Positions 1 through 11,185 of a stretch of DNA of 20,000 bases are shown here, piece by piece. The notes under the pieces are model-generated. The model was not told the DNA's origin and searched no databases. It was given only the letters and a program-made list of their open reading frames with translations. A program made the position numbers and the translations under genes. This DNA comes from Halocafeteria seosinensis (Eukaryota). The stretch's first letter is position 1. The number at the start of each line of letters is the position of its first letter. Location of the stretch: NCBI GenBank assembly GCA_001687465.1, contig LVLI01000939.1, forward strand, positions 50,304 to 70,303, written 5' to 3'.

Positions 1-635
<635 letters not shown>

Positions 636-1290
636 GGTGGATTTTCACCTAAATTTATATGTCACACTTTTCCAAAGCGTTCTAGAGATGCTTCTCTGTG
701 GAAAGGGGCGTAGTATGGTGAATACACCCCACGGCAGCGCTGTTCTTTACAGAACTTCAACCTCTCTCGCCACCGCTCAGTATTGCGCTCGGGGTAATGA
801 AAACCGAATTCTGTTCTCACTCTCTATTGAATATTGAGATGAAACTAGAAACTTTGATTTAGCGCTCTCAACAAACTCTCGAGGATCTAATTACTGTTGG
901 GACAGTCTCCCGAGTGGGAACCTTCACAACTTTTCAGTTGCTCTGCGAGCCCCGGCTTGCTGCTCAGCGCCGCCCTCACACAAGGGCCACAAAATCCACC
1001 CCCAGACAATGATATACAGTAGCAGCAGTTGTGCAGGCAATCTTCGGTGCTCTTGAGAAGAGCGCTCAGGTCGTGTTGTGGAATATGCTGGAGAGTGTTG
1101 ACCAAGCACTCACCTTGGTGGTTCTAACCCGGTGTAACATGATCTACAACAACTGCGGGAAAAATCCCAGTATCTATCACGTATGTACGCTATTCATAAA
1201 CTTCTTGATAGTGGCATTCCACAATTAACACGGTACGCTCAACATACAATTAGTTACCTATGAGACAAGAGACTACGTACTGCGCAGCCT

Positions 1291-2690
1291 CTAGTCCTCA
1301 TCGTCATCCATGAAACCGCTTCCACGTAGGTTCTGTTTTAAAATAATTTCCTTACAAGCATTAAACACGGTCTTTACGTTATCCGTATCTGTTGCGCATG
1401 TGACATGCCAAAAGATTTCCTTATTATTATTTTTGTTCTCATTCTGGTCCAAAAACTTCTGCAGGATGTAGTTTATACCAGCGTCGTAGTCACATCCTCC
1501 CGTATAGTCATCAAATAGCATTTTATTAGGGTCCGCAGGATCCGGTTGACGTATGTCCACGCGCTGTAAGCACCAAGGTTTAAGTCTTCCACATAGCAGG
1601 CGAATCATGACAGCCGGCATTCCCACTTACTTCTATTTTTTCCTTGAAGAGATCTCTTTTATTTAAAAATAGAATCATACTGGTGTTTTCGAACCATTTT
1701 GAGTTACAAATTTCATGGAATAAGTTGAGAGCTTCCACCATGCGATTCTGAGTGCTGTCTTCGTAAAGGACCTGATCATATTCATTAATGGCGGCGACAA
1801 AAATGACTGCCGTCACTTCGTCAAAGCAATGAATCCATTTCTTTCGCTCATTACGTTGACCACCCACGTCATACATTCTGATTAGCAGGAAAAATCGTTC
1901 GGTACAGTGTAAAAACATGCTTACAATAAAATCGTGCAGTACCCTATACGTACGCGAATCTGACATCGTCAATGAGATACTCTTCTTCAACGATTCCGGA
2001 TGTTCTCACGCGAACCTTCAAAACATCTTCAATGGAAGGAATATAGTCGGGATCCGATATTTCGTCGACTTTCCGGAAAAAACTGTCAAAAGAAAAACGC
2101 GTAGAGTATGAGTGTGAGTCGGTAGACAGCCCACAGGACTAACGTACTAGGGAGCTGAATCATATAGCTGAAATTCATTCCTTCTTTGGTAAGCTCCTTG
2201 TATTCCCGGATCGTTCCATAGTGTCTTAATCTGCTCTGCAGTTTCTTTATCTATCTTTGTTTCTTCTGACAGATCCTTGATTGCTTCAGCGGCGTCTTGC
2301 GCCTTAATTGAGATATCAAAATTTTCTGCTGCTTCGATCAGAGCCTTCATCGAGGCAATAGTGTTTGAGCATACGAATCCAACATGATTTGCACGATCTT
2401 GGTCCGAAAAAGACGTCCCATAAAGAATCCTCATCTGCTTGAAAATGGTCGACTTGCCGGATTCTCCCGCGCCTGGTACCCAACGATCAAAAGCACCACC
2501 ACGTCAGTTGGCAAGCACAGTACATTCACCGCCAAGGCCCGTGAACACAGGATATCCGGTACATACCTAAGAGAAGCAATTTGATCTTTTGTTGCTCTTC
2601 CATTTCATCTTTCTCGGCCATTTTCTGGATCTCGTGGTCCCTTCTCTCGGCCTCGAGCTGCTCTTTGGTTTTCGTCTGCATGCACCCCAT
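1291..2690 (-). CDS. Heterotrimeric G protein alpha subunit (365 aa, 5 exons)
   Basis: Exons 2690-2567, 2472-2148, 2082-1954, 1877-1631 and 1563-1291 keep one frame across four GT..CAG introns. It has an N-terminal MGC (myristoylation/palmitoylation), G1 [14 protein letters not shown]2 RVRTSG, G3 [13 protein letters not shown]4 FLNKRD and G5 TCATD. Confidence 0.97.
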
Positions 2691-3147
2691 TTTTACCGGC
2701 TGCTGTGGCGTTTTCGCTTCATCCACACCAATCCTACTCGTCTATATTTCGTCAGCAGAATACCCGGCAAGAAGATCAATAGTGTCTATGACTGAAAGTG
2801 TCTGAACAAAGCCACTCCACAGTTGTGGGGAAACTACAAAAAAGAAACTGCAGGGGATTGCAGAAGGGGGCACTCTGGCAAACACGGCGGAAAGATTGTT
2901 TGCATACGCGGTCACCAAAACTTCAAGTCGCGGTCGGAATCGTGCGTTGATGCAACAAGACGTAGAAGTTTGTTGTATGCAACTTCATGCAAAGGTCTTA
3001 TCTGTAAACCGTAGAGCACGTTGGAGCAGATACCTCTCTAGCCCATGCAGAGGAGGGAGTAGCGACACTTGAGCAAAAAATGACACGTTGCAGTGCCGCG
3101 CCAAAAGTATAAGCCAATAGAACTCTAGTATATTTGCGAAAATTGCG

Positions 3148-5474
3148 ATGGCATGGAATTTGCCTCGTACACCTGACTCTTTACCACAGATAGTAGGAAG
3201 CTTCTCTTCTCCGAGCAGAGGCAGTGGATGGGTGAACAAGAAGGCCACCCCTAACCAGGGAGCCACCGTACTCCCGTTGCCGAGAAAGCGGTTAGTGGAA
3301 CCAGACCGGAGGGACTCAATTGTCAGTGTAGTTTCTTCTGTAGGGAGTATTGCTAATCTTGACGATCCACCACCTGTAAGTTTCTTCACTATGTTTCCTA
3401 CTGTACCGTATACGACATGGATTCTTGCAGCCGTCCAGCCCACATCAGCTAGACACATACCAGGTTCCTGATATAGGAAGCTCCACCGAAGATGTCGAGG
3501 AGGCCTTTGATCTAGTTCCTTTTCCTGTAGAATGGGTACGCAATGAGGCGCTCGAATATTTTACACCTCGTCGGCTAACAGTTATGGCACATGCAGATTG
3601 TGGACTTCACTGATGTTCCTGCTTTTGACAAAGATAATAGTTTTTATGGATGCTTCAGGAGCCTAACGAGCATCCGACTTATCAAGGTACGAAAACTGCT
3701 TCGTACAGAAACGCCCGTTGATACCTTCGCTACCCGGAAGTAGTACTCGTTTGTACAGACAATGGCTCTGTACATGGTCCACGCTGTGGCTCAAGAAAAC
3801 TCACATGACTGGACCTCGAAACGTCTCTACATGATTGCGAGCCGATGCTATGTTGCGGTATTCAGCGAAGTAGAGAGTGGATGGGACAAAATACGCTTCC
3901 CAGGATTCTATGCGATGGCCGTATCCCAATGCATATATCTCTCACTCCTTTTCTCATTTCCCCAAGATCAAAGAACGCTTACTCGACCAGAGTTCCTTCA
4001 AAACTTGGTCGATACCGTTTGCCTCTCCGTATCTGGTTTGCTGGGTCCACGTCCTCCTAAACAACTTTGGAATGCTGTTGGAAAACGATTGCTTCGCAGG
4101 ATTAAGCGATGGAGAGTGAAACACCAGCGTCTCCAATGGCCTCTTCCGACTTTTACTAGCGGTCTGAACTACAATGACAAACTGAAGGCCCCAAAAGAAG
4201 GAGGAGAAATCGCGGCCGATAATACCACTACCCAACAGAGCCGTGGGAAGCTGTTCTGCTACCTGAATCATAGCAGGTTTGTCCAGACGTATTTGATGGC
4301 TACGCGGAGCAATGAATTTCTACAGGATGAGAAGGCGAACGCAAGAAGTTACGCTTTCGACCAATTGGTAGCGGCCAGGGCTGGCGCGAAACCAGGTCTA
4401 CTTCCCTCTGATACGGAATGGACAGTCTCTTTATCTTCCAAGAGTAGCGGAAGAGTTGATGAAGGGGTGCGGAATCAGGCGGTTTTGAGGAGACGCACAC
4501 GCGTGGGATCCTGTGCCCGTGCACCGAATAAAGTCTCTGCAATTGACAACGAGACCACATCCAACAACCCAATCTCTGTGCATCTCCAACAGATCCACGC
4601 TCAAAAACCCCGAGTAAAAGGTGCAGCCCCGGGAAGATGTCCTTTTAAGAGGGAAAATTCCAAGACATTGGGACCTCATTCATCGCCTTATCCTTGGTTA
4701 GTTTCCAAAATGAAACTGTCACATCACGAGCGCGACCTTTTCTCGGGATTCAAATACGAAACCAAAGAAGAACAGGAGCAACAACGTTTTAGCACACTGC
4801 AATCTTCTTCACCACTACTGAAGGCCTGTGAATTCTACAAGTCACCGCATCAAGGACACGAGAGGAAAGCCACGGCTGAAGGTTTGCGCAAGAAATCCCT
4901 GGCATTGAAAATACGCCGCCAAAGCATCACCGAGAGGTCACCGTCGCGCTCCCGTTCTAGAAGAGAGTCGATAGGAAGCGAAGGAAAGTCAGTATTCCTA
5001 ACAGAGTTTGATTCTATGGTGAAAGGCCCCTTTTTGGACATCAGTGAAAAAACAGCCAAAGAAAGAGTTGAAGAGATGGAGAAAACGGGTGAACTGACAT
5101 TGCTGAACAGAAACGATATAGATGACGATCGAAGTGACTACTTCTATCTGAACGCTGCGTTAAAGCCTCCAAAAGTTTCAGACTTTTACCAGAGAAGGCG
5201 GCTCCTCGACAAGGTACACGGCACCCTTCGAGCAAACTCCGAAAATTCTGCGCAACAAGTCAAAATGAGCCGACTTCGCGTAAAACGGGGATGGAAGCGG
5301 GTATCAGCAGAACTACGGGAGATTGATCGAACAAAGGCAGTGGCCCTAGGCTCATCAAAGAGCGTAAAAGAGACGTCCGCGTATATTATGTTTAAGAGAG
5401 AACAAGATGAGAAGGATGTAGCGGAACAACTGCACAAAGTACAGACGCATCTGAAAAATCAGAGGCAGTGGTAG
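3148..5474 (+). CDS. FAM227-like (FWWh-domain-like) protein, about 712 aa, 4 exons
   Basis: Exons 3148-3375, 3431-3535, 3597-3686 and 3759-5474 join in frame through introns starting GTAAGT, GTACGC and GTACGA, each ending CAG. The segment LYMIASRCYVAVFSEV..DKIRFPGFYAMAVSQCIYLSLLFSFPQDQRTLTRPEFLQNLVDTVCLSVSG resembles the FAM227 core as I recall it (LFxRIAxxYVxLF..YPDxLAQAIYxxFxxAFP..EFKxxLxxxIxxWxSG). The gene structure is well supported; the family call is moderate. Confidence 0.6.
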
Positions 5475-6273
5475 AGGAATGAATAGCCGTATTCACACAA
5501 ATCATTCTCATTCCAGAAACACTTTCCGCTTTCCACTCTCATCGACGAACAGAAGTGCCGGTAGTTTTGAGAAGATCAGTGGCAATCCGTGTCGGACCTT
5601 CTACGGCTGGTTTATGTGGACGGTTGTCACTGACTTACAAGAACCAAGGAGCCCAAACTTTTTCCGGAACGGAGCTATAGACAGATCGGAATGTGAAACT
5701 TCGAACTTTTCAGCAATTCATGGTGCGTCCCGAAGGATAAGTTTCACGATTTGACGACAATCTGAAGAGTTGCAGTACACTTGGTATTGGCATCATCATG
5801 TCGTGAAGTCAATCATACGTTCCGTCCAACAACCCCGTACCTCCCAAGAAAATGACCGCGACCTCAACTGAAGGATACGTTTCGTGCGTATCTGGCAGAG
5901 TATCTGTAACGTGCAATGTGTCACTCGCTCTTTGTCGGGCAGGGCCCGGCAGGCGTGGCTTAAGTCAATCATTTCTTCGACTTACGAGTAATCAGTAATC
6001 ATCTCGCAATGCACGATGCATCCGCCACAGTAGTGAATGAAACATTCCCATTTGTTTTCATCAATATATCTCGCTACATATAGGCTGCTTAGGCTTTGTT
6101 TCTCAAGACGATAAGTGCTTTTCTACCCCCTTGTGGAAGCGTCGAATACGACTTTTTTTCTCTTCAATCCACCAGTTTTCCAGTAGGTAGTCTCGGTACA
6201 CGGCTACACTGTACCACATCCGTTGGGAGTATTGTAAGAATTAACCGGGTGCATTTCTTCCGTTGAAGTAATT

Positions 6274-8369
6274 ATGTCTGAGCAGGAGATGGAAACTAAA
6301 GTAGAAGGATCGGAGGAGGAACAGCTGGAAAAAAAGCAGGAAGAAAGCAAAGCACATGGGGATGATACAAAGGGCACTGAGGGTTCAGACAAAGAAGAGA
6401 GAGACTCTAAGGGCAGGAAACATGATTCAGCTGAAATAGAGAAGAAAGACAAAGGTGACTCTGATGAGGAAAGCTCCAGAAAACGTCACCGCTCTAGCAA
6501 GTAAGCTTCTGGAACTTCTTTTCCTTTTGTACTCACTCCGTTTTTTTATTTTAAATCCTTGATTCTGTTCTGCAGGAGCCGGCGTCAAAGTAGTAGTAAG
6601 CATCGTAGTAGTCGTCATCGAAGTAGCAGCAAGCATCGCAGTAGTCGTCATCGAAGCAGGAGCCACCGGGAAAGCAGCAAGCATCGAAAAAGCCACAGGA
6701 GTAGTAGTAAACATCGAAGGTATGAATAAGCCGTATAAAATCGTTGTGACATTGTTATCCTGAACCTTAGTCCTTATTCGATTCACAGGTCGCGCGACAG
6801 GGATCGTAGTCGGAGTCGTCGGTCTCGCAGTCGCCGCTCTAGAAGTCGTTCTCGTGAAAGACGACATCGGCGTCGAAGTAGGAGCCCAAGTGATGATGAA
6901 AACCGTCGCTCAGAATCTGAAGATAACAATGGAGGTGGTGGAAGGTCGAAGGTTACAAATAGCGTTGCTCAGCTCCTTCAGAAACTGGGTGGAGGTGTGG
7001 CTCAGAGTGCGATGAACAGCTTGAACGCAGCTCCGCCACTTGGAGGGAGTCAGTCATTGCAATCGTTCACCATGAACGGCTTGGGAATGGGAGCGAATGC
7101 GGTAGCTACGTTTGGAAATTTTGCAAGCAACAATCCCATGGAGCGCGTTGAGAGAGAGCTGTACGTAGGCAATTTGCCATCTGGAATCCAACCAAAGCAG
7201 ATCCACGACTTCTTCAAAGCCGCAATGAAGCATTTAGGGGTCCTAAAGTCTGAAAATCCAATACAGGCGGTTCGTCCTGCCGGTCCTCAAGAACGGTTTT
7301 GTTTCATCGAGTTTTCTAGCACTGAAGAGGCAAACTCTGCCACGCTATTGAGCGGCATCAATCTTTTGGGGATGCCCTTAAAAATAGGCCGGCCCAAGTC
7401 CTATACTCAAGTGACGGGGAAAGAGGCGACAATACCAGCCCCCGAAGCCTTGTCTGCGATGGGAGGCCACAGTGGATTCCACGAAATGGGTGGTATTACA
7501 TCGGCAGCAGCCGCTGCGGCACCAATGGTGGACAGCAGTGCCATAACAGGGGCTAGCCAGTCTTCCACTGCTACGACTTCGACGCAGCCATCTGCTGAAG
7601 GGGATACAGGGAGCGTCAAGATCAGTAATTTCGGTGAAGGGTGGACAGCGGGCCAATTGAAGGAGCTCGTTGAACCTTTTGGTGAAGTAAAAACGTGCTA
7701 CATAGCCGAAGGCGTGTGTTACGCCGAATTTACGCAGCAGTCTAACGCCCAAATGGCCGCACAGGGTTTGAACGATCTTGATCTGGGCGACCGAAAATTG
7801 CAAGTTGAGTATCTGGACCCGGAGCAGAAGGCCACTGATAACGTTGAGACGAAGTTTGTGCAATTGAGAAACATTCTCATATGTGAACATGTAAGTACTG
7901 TTACAGCATTTTGTTAAATATATTCGTGTTAACAGCGACTTGTCTTTGTTCTCGACCGCAGCTTTCGGATGAGGAAGAATATTCAGACATCCTTGAGGAT
8001 GTCCGTGAGGAAGCGGAAAACTTTGGTAACATTGTTCAAGTACAGCCCGCCAAACAGGCGGAAAATCCTTCAGATCCTAATTCCACGATACCAATGTTCT
8101 TGGAATTTTCTGATACTGAATCTGCAGCGAAGTGCTTTAACGCTTTGAGAGGCCGAAAGTTTGATGGACGCGTAGTTGAGGCTAAATACGTGAATGTTGA
8201 AGACACTCCTTTTGGAGACACTTCCTCCGCTAACCAAGATAAGCAACAGTCCGGAAACGAAAATACCGAGACTAACACATCGGAAAGGAATCCAGGCAGT
8301 AGTTCTGAAGCTGCTACTGTCTCCGCCAATGCGATCCAGGAAACAGGTAATTCTGTGGATCTCGACTAA
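6274..8369 (+). CDS. U2AF large subunit (U2AF65)-like splicing factor: RS domain, two RRMs and a C-terminal UHM; about 626 aa, 4 exons
   Basis: Exons 6274-6500, 6576-6719, 6789-7890 and 7962-8369. RS-rich region RSRDRDRSRSRRSRSRRSRSRSRERR; RRM1 RELYVGNLP..FCFIEFSSTEEA..LKIGRPKSY; RRM2 VKISNF..LKELVEPFGEVK..CYAEF..GLNDLDLGDRKLQV; UHM QLRNIL..LSDEEEYSDILEDVREEAENFG..MFLEF..LRGRKFDGRVVEAKY. Confidence 0.9.
6589..6654 (+). repeat. Coding tandem duplication, 2 x 33 bp (SSSKHRSSRHR), in the RS-like domain
   Basis: agtagtagtaagcatcgtagtagtcgtcatcga versus agtagcagcaagcatcgcagtagtcgtcatcga: three differences, all synonymous. Degenerate SSKHR copies follow up to 6719. Confidence 0.85.
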
Positions 8370-9296
8370 AGTGTTTGCGATAATGCTTCTTGGTTTCCCA
8401 TCCTGCCTCCAGGGATCATAATTGGTGGCTTTGCTGCTTTATGACTGGCAACTATGATATCCATGCTTCATGGTACCTGTCTGCGATGGTGTACTGTTGT
8501 TAAATCCTTGTGTTGCTTGTGAGACGCAGGGCTATCTTTTTGAGACCGTGCTGGGACATACATACATGTCACTGTGGTACCGCTGCTCGGATCAATACAA
8601 GACTGTCAACAGTGTTCGTTGTCTGGGTATTTAAACAACAAATTAGGTGTTCCGCGTCTGTGGAGACCCTATCCTTGTTTCTTGTTTTGCTGCATTCGCT
8701 ACTCAGACAACTTAAAGCGATGGCTACGGAGCTAGTGTATACAAGTGATGCACATGAGAAGCTGAGAACTAATCAGGGTCCAATAGTTCGCTGCGGTGAC
8801 ATATTTTGTTTGGGAACTGCGAGGTTAGTGCGTTTACGCTTGCAACTCAAGTACTTACTCTGAGTCTTTTGTAGGAACGACTTCTCTAGCCACATAAGAT
8901 TTGGTTTGTTATGGGCTGTGGTACTGTACAACGTGTGGTACCTGAGTAGTTTGGCTAAGCGGCATTCCCGGGGAGCACCAGGAAAAAATGCACTATTCTT
9001 TTCTTAAGTTACCCTCGCCTTTACCACAGATAAGTCGTGCCTTTTCTGGAGTAGGTCCTTTCTTCCAACTTCTTGACGTTTTCGAAGGCGTCCCACGACG
9101 TTTCGTCATATTCCTGCGACTCCGTCAAGTTGAAGGTCATTTCTGTAGGGGCGGCAAAGAGGCACAAAAAAGGTGCTGGGTTTTGAGTCCGGACGCATAG
9201 AGTCCTGGTTATCGTCGTTTTTGATGTCTTGCCCAAAAGCGTGATGTCTTTGATGGATTCTCATGAGGTGGGGAGTGTAGAAAATTACGCGATATA

Positions 9297-11095
9297 ATGA
9301 GTGGGAGCGTGTCCCACGCCCGTGGCTCCTCTTCTCCGGCTGGTTCTTCCGCGGATACCTCCCAAAACGACGATAATTCAGGCCCTATACACCGTAGTGT
9401 ACCATCTGGGGTGATACTCTCTTGCTCTACGGCGATATCCACGTGTGACCAGATAGACAACGAGCAGCATGAGCACCCGAAACAGTCAATAGGAGCATCG
9501 TCGTCGGCGTCCACTCGAGCCCCTCCAGCGCCTTCATCCTCTTTAAACAGAGCTTCGACGGCATATAGGCCCTCCCAGCAACATCGGCACCCTTCCGCAG
9601 TTGACCAAGAAATCGAAGAAATCAACACAGGGCTCCGACGGGTCTTGCAAGAATCCCAAAAAAGACGGCAGCAACAGAGATCCGCCGCCGCCGCAGCAGC
9701 AGCCGGAAATCCACCCTCTATACCTTCTGAAAGGAAGCAGCGGGCCGCAACTTTAACATCGACTCCTTCTCATAGTTTAACACAAAGCAACGCAGCAGCA
9801 GACGGCAGCTCTCGAAGGAGAACCGAGCAAGGGACTCGCCACGTAAGAGCGTCCACGGAACACGGCAAAATGGCCACAGCTTCTTCCTATGAGAATGTGA
9901 GCCCTCGAACAGGGTCATCCTCTGATTCAGGCTCGGATTCCGGTAGCTCAGGAACAGAGAGAAGAGATACAGAATCGGCTGTGGGGAATGCTGGTAAGTT
10001 GATACAGAAGCATGACACACGAGATGGCGCTCGTTTTACCTGGCAATGTGGCACACAGATGCTGGATACTACATTCGCCAACTGCAATACGAAGACCTGC
10101 AAGCGGTCAAAGCTTTGCAGGATAAAACTCTAGAAGTCAAGTATGACGATAACTTCTACTCGTCACTCGCGAGGAACATAAATTCGTCGAAACAGATCGC
10201 TTTGGTATGTTGCCGCTGTCCGCCGAGGTCTCAAGGGCATGGTAGCGCACCTCCCCTTGACAGCGGAGAAAGAGAAATGTCCCGAGAAACAAAGGCTACT
10301 TCCGGAGAAAGTAAGAGCGGGAACGAAGAAAAGGACGTTGTGGTAGGGGCGATTACGTGTCGTATAAGTCGTTTGAACAAGTATTTTTTGGGTGTTTGTA
10401 AGTATGCGGTGGTGAGGGAAGCGTATATCATGACGCTGGCAGTTGATCCAGCACACCGACGTTGTGGAATAGCTTCAACCTTGCTCGAAGTAAGTAATTT
10501 CAAGATGCCTCCGCGTTCTCAGTACTCCACCAGTACTCGCGTTTATCCATTTTTCTCATGACAGCTTTGCGTAGAGGGAATTCGGCAGAATCCCAGGTGT
10601 GAAGCAATTACTCTCCATACTTTACGAGCTAATATGGCTGCGAAGAATTTGTACGAGCAATTCGGCTTTCACTGTAGTGAAGTTCTTCCTGCTCACTACT
10701 GGTTCAATGAGCGAAACCATGACGGAGTGAAATATGAAATGCGACTGAGGAAACCCACTTCTTTGTCGAAAAAGATATTCTTAGAAAGAAGGTGGCTGAA
10801 GAGTCTGAATCATGGTATCAAACGGTCTGTGCAGACCGGCTACAGGTGGATTTCAGGGAACATTGTTCACCGTTCATGCAAGCGTGTAGTAATAAATGTG
10901 GCTACAAATATTCAGGGGGCTTGGAGAGTATACTTTTCTCCAAGCAAGAATGACGAAGATGATGATGACGGTGACGTATCACCGCCAGAAGATAATGACT
11001 CGTTTAGCAACCAGCTGGTTCAAAGAAGGATGATCAACTGTACCCAGAGTACAGGCGTTTTATCCAATGCCAACACGGGGGAATTCGCTGTATAG
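9297..11095 (+). CDS. GNAT N-terminal acetyltransferase, NAA60 (NatF)-like, with a long low-complexity N-terminus; about 552 aa, 3 exons
   Basis: Exons 9297-9993, 10059-10489 and 10565-11095 (introns GTAAGT..CAG). Motifs: IRQLQYEDLQAVKALQDKTLEVKYDDNFY, EAYIMTLAVDPAHRRCGIASTLL (acetyl-CoA motif A) and AITLHTLRANMAAKNLYEQFGF..LPAHYWF..HDG, as in NAA60/NAA50. The start is uncertain (9297, or AAAATGG at 9870). Confidence 0.8.
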
Positions 11096-11185
11096 GTACT
11101 GCAGCGACCGACCCCAAATGACTGTTCAACATGAAAACGATTAAAAAGCAACCATGTCATATTTCATTAGCACTACCCGGATAGT

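Noticed and set aside
1113..1155. Minus-strand acceptor-like (tttttcccgcag) and donor-like (AAG/GTGAGT) sites flanking a 39-nt segment
   Set aside because: I could not link them into a coding model, and GTGAGT departs from the local GTAHG consensus. At most this is a UTR intron.
2985..3458. 157-aa minus-strand ORF and other antisense ORFs (6427-6867, 7378-7890, 9209-9628, 13193-13558)
   Set aside because: They are shadows of well-supported genes on the opposite strand.
6006..6017. 12-mer gcaatgcacgat also present at 15728-15739, both upstream of + strand genes
   Set aside because: Several 12-mer matches are expected by chance in 20 kb, and it does not appear upstream of other genes.
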